Of a stretch of DNA of 62,120 bases, positions 35,369 through 43,338 are shown in pieces. The notes under the pieces are model-generated. The model did no database searches, was not told the origin of the DNA, and saw only the letters and a program-made list of their open reading frames with translations. Origin of the DNA: an uncultured Clostridia bacterium (GTDB taxonomy: Bacteria > Bacillota > Clostridia > Christensenellales > Borkfalkiaceae); contig CANQAZ010000001.1 of assembly GCA_947589555.1 (NCBI GenBank), positions 1 through 62,120 of the forward strand. The letters run 5' to 3'. Position numbers and translations under genes: made by a program. Each line of letters begins with the position of its first letter. Positions within the stretch are counted from its first letter, which is position 1.

Positions 35369-36588
35369 ACGAAAAAAGCGAAAAGCGGGAGATCGTCTAC
35401 GTCATCCAGCCCGTCTACGGGCAGTCTGACCGCGCCGTTCACGACGAGGCCGTCTCCCTCATCGAAAGCGCGGGCGCAAGTTACGGCGGCACGATCTATC
35501 AAAACATCCGCGAAGTCAATCCCGCGACCTATGTGGGCGAGGGAAAACTGCGGGAATTGAAGGAGCGTCTCGACGGACTTGACGACGTGACCGTGCTCTT
35601 CAACGGGGAACTCTCCCCTTCCCAGACGCTGAACATCTCCGCCGCGTTGGACGGCAGAAAGGTCATCGACCGCACGACCCTCATCCTCGATATCTTTGCC
35701 CTGCGCGCCGCGAGCAGCGAAGGAAAGTTGCAGGTAGAACTCGCCCAACTCAACTATCTTTATCCCCGCCTCAAAGGCAAGGGCGGAGCCCTTTCCCGCC
35801 TCGGGGGCGGCATCGGGACGCGCGGCCCCGGAGAAAGCCAACTCGAAACGGACAGGCGGCACATCCGCGCGCGCATCCGCTCGCTCGAAAAGAAACTCGC
35901 CGAAACGGAAAAACGGCGCTCCTTACAGACGGAACGCCGCAAAAAAGAGCGGATCAAGACGGTCGCGCTCGTCGGATACACCAATACGGGCAAATCCACT
36001 CTGCTGAATGCCGTGACGGGCGCCGACGTTTTGACGAAGGACGCCCTCTTTGCGACCCTCGACCCCACCGCGCGTGCCTTTGAAATAGAGGGCGTGCCCT
36101 TTCTCATGGTGGATACCGTCGGATTTTTGCAGGCTCTGCCCCACCATCTCATCGAAGCATTCAAATCCACCCTCGAAAGCGCGTTGAATTGCGACCTCGC
36201 CCTTATCGTGTGCGATGCGGCGGGAGAATACGAGTTGCAACTCAAAACGACGCTGGATACCTTGCAGGAGATGGGCTTTACGGCGCCCTACCTCGTCGTC
36301 ATGAACAAGTGCGACGTCGCCCCGAACGGCCGCTTCCCCCGCGGCACCGTGTGCATTTCCGCCAAAACGGGCCGTGGTCTCGACGAACTGAAAAGGCGCA
36401 TTTTCGAGGCGTTCAGCGATAAATTTGTGCGGGCCGAACTCTTTGTCCCCTATGCGTGCATGGGAGAGTACGGCGCGCTCCGCTCCCGCCTCGTCGAACA
36501 GACGGTGGAATACACCGAAGGCGGCGCGAAGATCTCCGCCATCATCCCTGCGATCTATCGGGAAAATTTCCTTAAATTTATCAAATGA
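35365..36588 (+). CDS. hflX: GTPase HflX
   Basis: HflX N-terminal domain (GEGKLRELKERL, LDIFALRAASSEGKLQVELAQL) and G-domain (VGYTNTGKSTLLN, DTVGF, NKCD). Confidence 0.93.
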   Translation: MNEKSEKREIVYVIQPVYGQSDRAVHDEAVSLIESAGASYGGTIYQNIREVNPATYVGEGKLRELKERLDGLDDVTVLFNGELSPSQTLNISAALDGRKVIDRTTLILDIFALRAASSEGKLQVELAQLNYLYPRLKGKGGALSRLGGGIGTRGPGESQLETDRRHIRARIRSLEKKLAETEKRRSLQTERRKKERIKTVALVGYTNTGKSTLLNAVTGADVLTKDALFATLDPTARAFEIEGVPFLMVDTVGFLQALPHHLIEAFKSTLESALNCDLALIVCDAAGEYELQLKTTLDTLQEMGFTAPYLVVMNKCDVAPNGRFPRGTVCISAKTGRGLDELKRRIFEAFSDKFVRAELFVPYACMGEYGALRSRLVEQTVEYTEGGAKISAIIPAIYRENFLKFIK

Positions 36589-36615
36589 GCGTTGCCGTGC
36601 GGCAACGCCCTTTTT

Positions 36616-36804
36616 TCAGTCCTTTTCGTGATAATCCTTCGGGTCGGTATAGATCTTGTCGATCTTGATTGTGGCGAAATCCTTGATATCGAGACATTTG
36701 CCGCAATTATCGCAGATCTTATTGGGATCGAGGTCGCAGACCTCGCATTCGAGACAGCCGTCGCATTCCTTCGTCTCATCGAGGATGCACATTCTTACTT
36801 CCAT
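36616..36804 (-). CDS. Small Cys-rich protein (62 aa, 8 Cys), divergent from lexA
   Basis: MEVRMCILDETKECDGCLECEVCDLDPNKICDNCGKCLDIKDF... has the pattern C-x7-CxxCxxCxxC-x7-CxxCxxC. Start is the ATG at 36804, 6 nt after a TATAAT; an alternative ATG is at 36792. The track start at 36876 is upstream of the promoter. Confidence 0.6.
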   Translation of the reverse strand: MEVRMCILDETKECDGCLECEVCDLDPNKICDNCGKCLDIKDFATIKIDKIYTDPKDYHEKD

Positions 36805-36810
36805 ATCTTT

Positions 36811-36839
36811 ATTATACCCCCTTTTTCCCCGCTTGACAA
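36811..36839 (-). promoter_or_regulatory. Promoter TTGTCA-N17-TATAAT for the Cys-rich ORF (leaderless-type)
   Basis: On the minus strand TTGTCA is at 36839-36834 and TATAAT at 36816-36811, with the ATG top coordinate at 36804. Confidence 0.55.
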
Positions 36840-36869
36840 GAAAAATTTTGCAAATTGCGGAAAAATATT

Positions 36870-36883
36870 GAAACAAATGTTTG
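36870..36883. promoter_or_regulatory. Putative LexA (Cheo-type) box GAAACAAATGTTTG
   Basis: The AAC-N4-GTT core is preserved and AAAC-AAAT-GTTT is a palindrome. It overlaps the -35 of the lexA promoter, the classic autoregulation geometry. Confidence 0.6.
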
Positions 36884-36909
36884 CAATGTTCGGCGGAATG
36901 TGCTATAAT
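36881..36909 (+). promoter_or_regulatory. lexA promoter TTGCAA-N17-TGcTATAAT
   Basis: TTGCAA at 36881-36886 and TATAAT at 36904-36909 with an upstream TG. GAGGTGG RBS before the ATG at 36927. Confidence 0.65.
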
Positions 36910-36926
36910 GGCAATCGAGGTGGATC

Positions 36927-37535
36927 ATGTTGAAACAGGATAAACTCAACGCAGTGCTCGGCTACATCAACCGCTACATCGAGGAAAACGGCTTTCCGCC
37001 CACCGTGCGGGAGATCTGCGCCGAACTCGGCATCAAGTCCACCGCGACGGTGTACGACTACATCAACCGCTTGCGGGACATGGGATTTTTGGATAAGGCC
37101 GAAAAGAAGAAGCGCGCCGTCGCCGTAAAAGGGAACGGAAATTTGTTCCGCGCTCCCCTCCTCGGCACGGTCAATGCGGGCGCGCCCATTTTGGCTGTGG
37201 AGGATAACGAAGGCTTCTACCCCCTGCCCTCCGCAGAATTCCGCGGGGACGACCTCTTTTTGTTGCGCGTACACGGCGAAAGCATGATCGAAGCGGGCAT
37301 CTTTGACGGCGATAAGATCGTCGTAAAGAGGCAACCGAACGCCGAGAACGGCGAGATCGTCGTTGCGATGTTCGACGAGGGCTACGGCGAGGGCGCAACG
37401 GTCAAGCGCTTTTACAAGCGGGACGGGAAGGTGGTGTTGCACCCCGAAAATTCCGCGATGGCGGATATCGTTCCCGAAGATCCCGACGGCGTGACCATCT
37501 TGGGGAAGGTCATCGGGCTGATCCGCAGTATTTGA
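36927..37535 (+). CDS. lexA: LexA repressor
   Basis: The winged-helix N-terminus (GFPPTVREICAELGIKSTATVYDYI), the A-V-A-V-K-G region, and the S24 peptidase motifs GESMIEAGI and VKRF (Ser/Lys dyad). Confidence 0.95.
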   Translation: MLKQDKLNAVLGYINRYIEENGFPPTVREICAELGIKSTATVYDYINRLRDMGFLDKAEKKKRAVAVKGNGNLFRAPLLGTVNAGAPILAVEDNEGFYPLPSAEFRGDDLFLLRVHGESMIEAGIFDGDKIVVKRQPNAENGEIVVAMFDEGYGEGATVKRFYKRDGKVVLHPENSAMADIVPEDPDGVTILGKVIGLIRSI

Positions 37536-37560
37536 CCTTTTTTCGGTAGATTTTGAATGG

Positions 37561-37589
37561 AAAAACGCGGCATTTTGCCGCGTTTTTTT
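37561..37589. terminator. Bidirectional rho-independent terminator at the lexA / rluB convergence point
   Basis: AAAAA-CGCGGCA-TTT-TGCCGCG-TTTTTTT. It overlaps the rluB stop codon. Confidence 0.85.
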
Positions 37590-38292
37590 ATAGATTTTTG
37601 AGGTAAAAGATCTCTTCCGGCGTCAGTTTGCGGCAAGCGCCGCGGTCGAGCCCCGTAAGGCTCAGGTCCCCCACGCGGATGCGCTTCAAGAAATCGACGT
37701 GCAGGCCGACTGCTTCGAACATTTTGCGGATCTCCCTGTTTTTGCCCTCGGTGAGCGTGACGTGAAGTTTTGTAAATTTTTTATCCGTCTCCGTTACGAC
37801 TACCTTGCACTTTTTGGTGACGACGCCCGGCTCGATCTCCACTCCCGCGCGGAGGCGGTTGAGTTGTACGGGCGTTATCCCGCCCTCCACGCGCACGAGA
37901 TACATTTTGGGGATCTCGCTCTGCGGCGCGGTGAGGCGGTAGGCCAAATCGCCGTCGTTTGTGAGGATGAGCAGACCCTCGGTGGCATAATCGAGGCGGC
38001 CGACGGGCACCACTCTCCCCGCGCCGGCGGGCAAAAGGTCCATCACCGTCTTTCTGCCCTTATCGTCGGAGACGGTGCAAACGTACCCCTTCGGTTTGTT
38101 CAGAAGATAGTATTCGTACTTGACTTTGTGGGAGAGAAGTTTGCCGTCCACTGCGACGGCGTCTCCGTCCTCCACTTCGTCGCCCGGTTTTGCGGGCCTG
38201 CCGTTGAGGGTCACCCGCCCCGCCGAGATGATCTCATCCGCCCCTCTACGGGACGCGACGCCTTGCTCCGCAAGAAATTTGTTGATGCGCAT
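37588..38292 (-). CDS. rluB: Pseudouridine synthase, RsuA/RluB family (S4 domain + catalytic domain)
   Basis: MRINKFLAEQGVASRRGADEIISAGRVTLNG is the S4 domain, and VGRLDYATEGLLILTNDG is the catalytic Asp motif. Confidence 0.9.
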   Translation of the reverse strand: MRINKFLAEQGVASRRGADEIISAGRVTLNGRPAKPGDEVEDGDAVAVDGKLLSHKVKYEYYLLNKPKGYVCTVSDDKGRKTVMDLLPAGAGRVVPVGRLDYATEGLLILTNDGDLAYRLTAPQSEIPKMYLVRVEGGITPVQLNRLRAGVEIEPGVVTKKCKVVVTETDKKFTKLHVTLTEGKNREIRKMFEAVGLHVDFLKRIRVGDLSLTGLDRGACRKLTPEEIFYLKNL

Positions 38293-38319
38293 GTTGCCGC
38301 TCCGTTTGTTTGCGTTCCC

Positions 38320-39333
38320 TTAAATCATAAACAAATTCTGCGAAAAAAGCAACTCCTTTTTGAGGTATATTTTCATTTCGCCCGCAACTTCGCCCGCATG
38401 TTCGGGGCGGGGGAAATACAATTCTACTTCCCGCGTGACGTTTTCCGCCTCCTCCTCGGTGAGCGGATAGGAAAAACCATAGCGCACGGCGAAGCCTTCG
38501 ATCTTTTCGGACGGCGCGCACAGCGTGTGCATCGAATAGGCGGAAAAGGCGGCGTTGAGGAGATCGGCCGTGCGTTCGTACATCTGCGGGCAGTCCAAAA
38601 CGACGGAGACGAGTTTCATGCCGCCGCGCTCCGCGCTCGTCACGAGGCACCGCCCCGCCGAGGTCGTGAATCCCGTTTTGACGCCGATGGCCCCCTCGTA
38701 GGTGCGCAACATCTTGTTTTTGTTGGCCCAGCCCCGCGGCTCGTAAAATTTGCAGGAGACGATCTCGCGGAAGGTCTCGTTCTCCATCGCGTAGGCGGCG
38801 ACAAATGCGAGGTCGCGCGCCGTGGTGTAGTGACGCTTATCGGGCAGACCGTGGGGATTGACGAAATGGCTGTGCGTCGCGCCGAGGCGGACCGCTTTTT
38901 CATTCATTTTTTGGGCGAAGGCTTCGATACTGCCGCTGTGGTGCAGGGCGAGGGCGACGGCGCAATCGTTTCCGGAGCGCAACATGAGTCCGTAGAGGAG
39001 TTCGTGCACGGTATAGATCTCGCCCGCTTTGAGGTAGACACTCGAACCCTCGACCCCCTCCGCCTCCTTCGGGATCGCGAATGTTTCGTCGAGCGCACAA
39101 TCGTCGATCACGAGGATGGCGGTGAGGATCTTGGTCGTGCTTGCCATAGGAAGGTCGGTTTCGGCGTTGCATTCGTGCAAAATGCGCTTCGATGACACTT
39201 CGACGACGCATTCCGCCTTAGCCTCCCCCGCCGAAGCCGCGGCCGCCTTTGGGCTCACCCTTTCCGATACGGGCACGAGCGGCGCAAGGACGAGCGCCAG
39301 CGCGCACAGCGCGGCCGCCCGTTTAATCCTCAT
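38320..39333 (-). CDS. dacB: D-alanyl-D-alanine carboxypeptidase (S11 family, DacB-like)
   Basis: Signal peptide, with the motifs SxxK (ASTTKILT), SxN (SGND) and KTG (KTGFT). Confidence 0.88.
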   Translation of the reverse strand: MRIKRAAALCALALVLAPLVPVSERVSPKAAAASAGEAKAECVVEVSSKRILHECNAETDLPMASTTKILTAILVIDDCALDETFAIPKEAEGVEGSSVYLKAGEIYTVHELLYGLMLRSGNDCAVALALHHSGSIEAFAQKMNEKAVRLGATHSHFVNPHGLPDKRHYTTARDLAFVAAYAMENETFREIVSCKFYEPRGWANKNKMLRTYEGAIGVKTGFTTSAGRCLVTSAERGGMKLVSVVLDCPQMYERTADLLNAAFSAYSMHTLCAPSEKIEGFAVRYGFSYPLTEEEAENVTREVELYFPRPEHAGEVAGEMKIYLKKELLFSQNLFMI

Positions 39334-39706
39334 TTTCTTCCGCCTTTTTCAGGACTTTTCCGACGATTTCACCCGCTTTTTCGATGAGCCCGTCGATGGG
39401 ATCGTCGGTGATGCGCACGACGCGGCAATCCACGCCGTCATCGATGAGAAAGCCCGCGGGCTTGATGTTGACGACGGTGCCCGCCCCGCCCGCAAAGGGA
39501 AAACATTCGTCCTCCTTGATCGCCTTCACCTCGCCGTATTCGCCGCCTCCGGAGAGATAGCCCATCGTCACTTTGGTGAACGGGATGATCTGCGCGCCGC
39601 TCGCGGAATACACCGGCTTGCCGATGACCGTGTTGACGTCGATAAGCCCCGTCAGTTGCTCGGCTGTCTTTTCCATGATGCCGTCGATTTTTTTTCTTTT
39701 ATCCAT
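39323..39706 (-). CDS. ytfJ: Sporulation protein YtfJ (GerW family)
   Basis: MDKRKKIDGIMEKTAEQLTGLIDVNTVIGKPVYSASGAQIIPFTKVTMGYLSGGGEYG... Start is the ATG at 39706; the track ORF extends upstream spuriously. Confidence 0.8.
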   Translation of the reverse strand: MDKRKKIDGIMEKTAEQLTGLIDVNTVIGKPVYSASGAQIIPFTKVTMGYLSGGGEYGEVKAIKEDECFPFAGGAGTVVNIKPAGFLIDDGVDCRVVRITDDPIDGLIEKAGEIVGKVLKKAEENED

Positions 39707-40233
39707 TTCAGAAATGCCTCCAATGCTTTTTTGATGAGCGCCAACGTCAAAATGAATCCGTTGAACACCGTTGCCGCCTGTACCGAAAGTTTGAGCGCCC
39801 TCTCCTCCGTGAGCAAAACGGTATTTTTGAGGGAAACGAAGGGATAGCGCGTCTGTATGACGGAAAAAGCCGCCCCGCCCGCCGCTTGCAACGCCGCCGC
39901 GAGCATGACGCCGTACAGTGATTGCGCGCCGCTGACTTCGATGATTTGGTGGAAGCGCCAAAGTTGAAATCCCTTTGTGATCTCAAATTTTTTGCGGGTA
40001 TCCGCCATGCTCGAATAGGGAAGAAAGACGGCTTTTTTATCGGTGAGATGGAGGGCGATACCGCCGCGCAGGATCTCCCCGTAGCCGCCGTACACTTTCA
40101 GCCGCCGGTACAGACAGAGAGCGAACCACGCTTTGTTCTCCGCCGCGTCCACATACCCGTCCACGTAGACGAATACAGGAAAAAAGAAGAACAATCCTCC
40201 GAAAAAAAGGGAGTAAACGAAAAGTTCGCCCAT
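39652..40233 (-). CDS. DUF2953-type membrane protein (YtfI-like, sporulation-associated)
   Basis: MGELFVYSLFFGGLFFFFPVFVYVDGYVD...LKVYGGYGEI... It sits directly upstream of ytfJ, as ytfI does in Bacilli. The family assignment is from memory only. Confidence 0.55.
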   Translation of the reverse strand: MGELFVYSLFFGGLFFFFPVFVYVDGYVDAAENKAWFALCLYRRLKVYGGYGEILRGGIALHLTDKKAVFLPYSSMADTRKKFEITKGFQLWRFHQIIEVSGAQSLYGVMLAAALQAAGGAAFSVIQTRYPFVSLKNTVLLTEERALKLSVQAATVFNGFILTLALIKKALEAFLKWIKEKKSTASWKRQPSN

Positions 40234-40280
40234 ATCCGTAATATGGGCGAATGGGAAAAAATTATTTATTTTTCGGAAAA

Positions 40281-41039
40281 TCAGGAAATTTTTACGAGGT
40301 CGTCGTCGAGGCCCTGTAAAAAGTCGGGCAATTCGTAACCGCCCTCCGTGATAGGAGTATCCGCAGGGAGGGTCTTGGGCTTTTCCTCTTCTCCTTTGGG
40401 GGCTTCCTCCGGCGCAGTTCCCTCCTTTGCCACCTCTTCGCCCGCCGGGATGTTCTCCTCCCCGTCGGTCCCGCCGTATTCTTTGCGGGCATAGAGATAA
40501 CTGTCGCGATCGGTCTCTTCCGCCGCGATCGTCGCCATGAGCGTATCGTAATCGGGCAGTTCGGCGAGGGATTCCAGTTTGAAGCGCTTCAAAAATTCGT
40601 CCGTCGTCGCAAAGAGTACGGGGCGGCCGACGGCGTCCTTCCTGCCGCATGGATAGATGAGTTTGAGTTCGAGGAGCATGTTGACCGCATAATCGCTGTT
40701 CACGCCGCGCAGAAGTTCGATCTCCGAGCGGGTGATGGGCTGTTTGTAGGCGATGATGGCGGCACATTCGAGCACGGTGCGGGTGAGTTCCTTTTCCCGG
40801 ATGGGATTGAGCACGGCCGCGACTTCCTCTTTATACTGCGGATTGGAGGCGAGTTGGGCCTTCTTGTTGAATTCGAGGAGTTGGATGCCTCCTTCCTCCC
40901 CGTATTTTTTGCGCAACTCGCGGAGCGCGGCGTTCACTTCGCGCTCGGTGACGTTCAATTTGTCGGCGATGTCCGAAACGGCGACCGCCTTCCCGGACGC
41001 AAACAGAACGGATTCAATTATATTCGTCAATTTGTCCAA
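40281..41039 (-). CDS. scpB: Segregation and condensation protein B
   Basis: (M)DKLTNIIESVLFASGKAVAVSDIADKL...ECAAIIAYKQPITRSEIELLRGVNSDY...GRPVLFATTDEFLKRF. A TTG start at 41039 lies 6 nt after GGAGGAG. Acidic C-terminal extension. Confidence 0.85.
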   Translation of the reverse strand: MDKLTNIIESVLFASGKAVAVSDIADKLNVTEREVNAALRELRKKYGEEGGIQLLEFNKKAQLASNPQYKEEVAAVLNPIREKELTRTVLECAAIIAYKQPITRSEIELLRGVNSDYAVNMLLELKLIYPCGRKDAVGRPVLFATTDEFLKRFKLESLAELPDYDTLMATIAAEETDRDSYLYARKEYGGTDGEENIPAGEEVAKEGTAPEEAPKGEEEKPKTLPADTPITEGGYELPDFLQGLDDDLVKIS

Positions 41040-41805
41040 GAGGCTCCTCCCCGCCCTCCGGATTGAGGGCAATCGTAATGGCTCCGAATAATTCCGTTTG
41101 GGTCACCAGGAGATATTGGTGTTTCAGAAGTTCCAACAGCGCCTGGAAAGTCGTGATGATTTCCGATTTGGTGTAATCGTGGGTGAAAAGTTCTTCGAAT
41201 TGTACGCTTTTGGCCTCTTCGAGGCTTTCAAGGATGAAGGTGATCTTCTCCGCGACCGTATATTCGTCGCGCGGGATCTCCCGCATTTCCTGCGCGGCGA
41301 TCTCCTTATCGCGCTTGCGCAATAGATCGGTGAGCGCAGCGACAAGACCGTCGCTTGTCAGGTTGTCCAAAGAAAAGATGGTGCGCGTATCGCCCACGTA
41401 CTTATCGGGCTCCTTGAAGTAATACCCGATGGTTTCGAGTTCTTTCAGTTTTTTTGTCTCCTCTTTGATGAGGCGGTACTCTTCGAGGGCGCGGATGAGG
41501 CGGCTCTTATCGTCCTCGACCTCCTCGTCGATCTCGGGGTCCTCTTCGAGGTTGGGCACAAGGGCCTGCGCCTTGATCTTGATGATGGTCGCCGCAATGT
41601 TGAGATAATCGGTGATCTTGTCCACGTCGAGATAGGGAAGGCCCTGCATGTATTGGAGGAATTGCTCCGTGACCTGCGAAACGAAAATATCCTTGATCTC
41701 GATTTCTTCCCGGTTGATGAGATAGAGAAGAAGATCGAGCGGACCTTCGAAATTATTCAAAACGGTGGTGTAATCGACGTTCGATTCGAAATCTTCCCGT
41801 TTCAA
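41014..41805 (-). CDS. scpA: Segregation and condensation protein A
   Basis: (M)KREDFESNVDYTTVLNNFEGPLDLLLYLINREEIEIKDIFVSQVTEQF. A TTG start at 41805 lies 6 nt after GGAGGA and downstream of the promoter at 41836-41864. The track start at 41853 lies upstream of the -10 box of that promoter. Confidence 0.85.
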   Translation of the reverse strand: MKREDFESNVDYTTVLNNFEGPLDLLLYLINREEIEIKDIFVSQVTEQFLQYMQGLPYLDVDKITDYLNIAATIIKIKAQALVPNLEEDPEIDEEVEDDKSRLIRALEEYRLIKEETKKLKELETIGYYFKEPDKYVGDTRTIFSLDNLTSDGLVAALTDLLRKRDKEIAAQEMREIPRDEYTVAEKITFILESLEEAKSVQFEELFTHDYTKSEIITTFQALLELLKHQYLLVTQTELFGAITIALNPEGGEEPLGQIDEYN

Positions 41806-41835
41806 TGCTCTTCCTCCCGCGCGCGATACTGTTTC

Positions 41836-41864
41836 ATTATAGTGCAATTTCACAAAAAAGGCAA
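41836..41864 (-). promoter_or_regulatory. Promoter TTGCCT-N17-TATAAT of scpA-scpB
   Basis: On the minus strand TTGCCT is at 41864-41859 and TATAAT at 41841-41836. Confidence 0.55.
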
Positions 41865-41865
41865 G

Positions 41866-41897
41866 AAAAAAGCGGATATTTTGGGAAATTTCCGCTT
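41866..41897 (-). terminator. Rho-independent terminator after lysA
   Basis: On the minus strand: AAGCGGA-N14-TCCGCTT followed by TTTT. Confidence 0.7.
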
Positions 41898-41935
41898 ACT
41901 TTCTCAATATCTTGTGGTTTTGCGGCCATTTGGGG

Positions 41936-43261
41936 CTATTTGAGGCGGTCCGGGATGACGTCGTTGCGGACGAGATCCGCATAGGTCTGGGGTTTGATGA
42001 TATATTCCCCCTTTCCGTCCTTCACAAGCACTGCGGGCGGAATGAAATTGCGGTTGTAGTTGCTCGCCATCGAATAGTTGTAGGCGCCCGTCGTCAGAAC
42101 GGCAATGAGGTCGCCCGGATGCGCTTCGGGCAAATTCATGTCCACGCCGATGAGGTCACCGCTCTCGCAACATTTTCCCGCGAGCGACACGAGTTCGGTG
42201 CAGGGCTCCGCGGCGCGGTTTGCAAGGAGAGCCGTGTACTTGGATTGATAGAGACAATAGCGGGGATTATCGAACATCCCGCCGTCGATGGCCACGTATT
42301 TGCGCAGACCCGCGATCTCCTTCACCGCGCCCACCGTGTAAAGGGTGACACCCGCTTCGCCGACGATGGAGCGGCCGGGCTCGATGAGAATGCGGGGAAG
42401 GCGCAGGCCGTATTCGGCGCAATTTTGCTTGACGGCGGCGATGAGCGCCGAAAGATAGGTGCGGTAACCTTCGGGCGGGAGCATGGCGTCTCCCTCGGCG
42501 TACCAAACGCCGAATCCCCCGCCCATATTGAGTTCCGACGCCTCAAAACCGAGTTTTTGCTTGATTTTTGCGACGAAAGCGAGGTTTTTTTGAACGGCGA
42601 GCACAAAGGATTGCTTTTCGAAGATCTGCGAGCCGATGTGGCAGTGATACCCTTTGAGGCGCAGGTGTTTTTTGGAAAGAACGTATTTTGTGATGACTTC
42701 CGCCGCGCCGCTATCCACGGAGAAGCCGAATTTGGAATCGGGTTTTGCCGTCTGGACGTAGGCATGCGTGTGGGCCTCGACGCCCGGGTTGATGCGGATG
42801 AGCACCTCCTGCACCATACCGCGCTTGGCGGCCTCCTCTTCGATGAGGTCGGCCTCCGTGAAGGCGTCCACGACGATGGTCCCCACCTTACAATCGAGTG
42901 CGTAGGAAATTTCGCGCGGCAATTTGTTGTTGCCGTGCATGTAGATGTTTGCCGCGGGGAAATCGGCCTGCATCGCGGTGTACAACTCGCCGCCCGATAC
43001 GACGTCCACGCCGATCTGTTCCGATTTGGCGATGGCGTACATCGCCGTGCAGGAAAAGGCCTTTGAAGCGTACAGGACAAGCCCGTTGCCACCGTATTCT
43101 TCCTCGATGGTATCGCGGTAGACGCGCATCATCGTGCGGATATACTCTTCGTCGAACACGTAGAGCGGCGTTCCGAAGGTTTTGGCAAGGGTTACGCAGT
43201 CGGCGCCGCCGATTTCAAGATGGCCGAGGGAATTGATTTTCAAAGTTTTTCGGAAGTTCAT
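41936..43261 (-). CDS. lysA: Diaminopimelate decarboxylase
   Basis: 441 aa with GTPLYVFDE, YASKAF (PLP lysine region), GGGFG and the CESGD motif. Confidence 0.95.
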   Translation of the reverse strand: MNFRKTLKINSLGHLEIGGADCVTLAKTFGTPLYVFDEEYIRTMMRVYRDTIEEEYGGNGLVLYASKAFSCTAMYAIAKSEQIGVDVVSGGELYTAMQADFPAANIYMHGNNKLPREISYALDCKVGTIVVDAFTEADLIEEEAAKRGMVQEVLIRINPGVEAHTHAYVQTAKPDSKFGFSVDSGAAEVITKYVLSKKHLRLKGYHCHIGSQIFEKQSFVLAVQKNLAFVAKIKQKLGFEASELNMGGGFGVWYAEGDAMLPPEGYRTYLSALIAAVKQNCAEYGLRLPRILIEPGRSIVGEAGVTLYTVGAVKEIAGLRKYVAIDGGMFDNPRYCLYQSKYTALLANRAAEPCTELVSLAGKCCESGDLIGVDMNLPEAHPGDLIAVLTTGAYNYSMASNYNRNFIPPAVLVKDGKGEYIIKPQTYADLVRNDVIPDRLK

Positions 43262-43267
43262 GCCTTG

Positions 43268-43297
43268 ATTATATCACTCTTTTTCCGTTTCGGTCAA
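43268..43297 (-). promoter_or_regulatory. Promoter TTGACC-N18-TATAAT placed 6 nt before the lysA ATG (leaderless-type)
   Basis: On the minus strand TTGACC is at 43297-43292 and TATAAT at 43273-43268, with the ATG top coordinate at 43261. No SD sequence. Confidence 0.6.
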
Positions 43298-43338
43298 GAA
43301 AAAAGGCATAATTACCGCAAAAAACGATAATTATGCCT
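43298..43338 (-). terminator. Strong rho-independent terminator after the dacF-like gene (11-bp perfect stem AGGCATAATTA/TAATTATGCCT)
   Basis: On the minus strand: AGGCATAATTA-N13-TAATTATGCCT followed by TTTTTT. The 5' arm overlaps motif copy O4. Confidence 0.85.

Noticed and set aside
36600-37600. Search for a canonical dif site (CATAA-N6-TTATGT type, 28 bp) near the gene-orientation convergence.
   Set aside because: No sequence with 11-6-11 Xer geometry was found by eye in the convergence region or elsewhere in the window. The terminus idea therefore rests only on strand bias and motif polarity.
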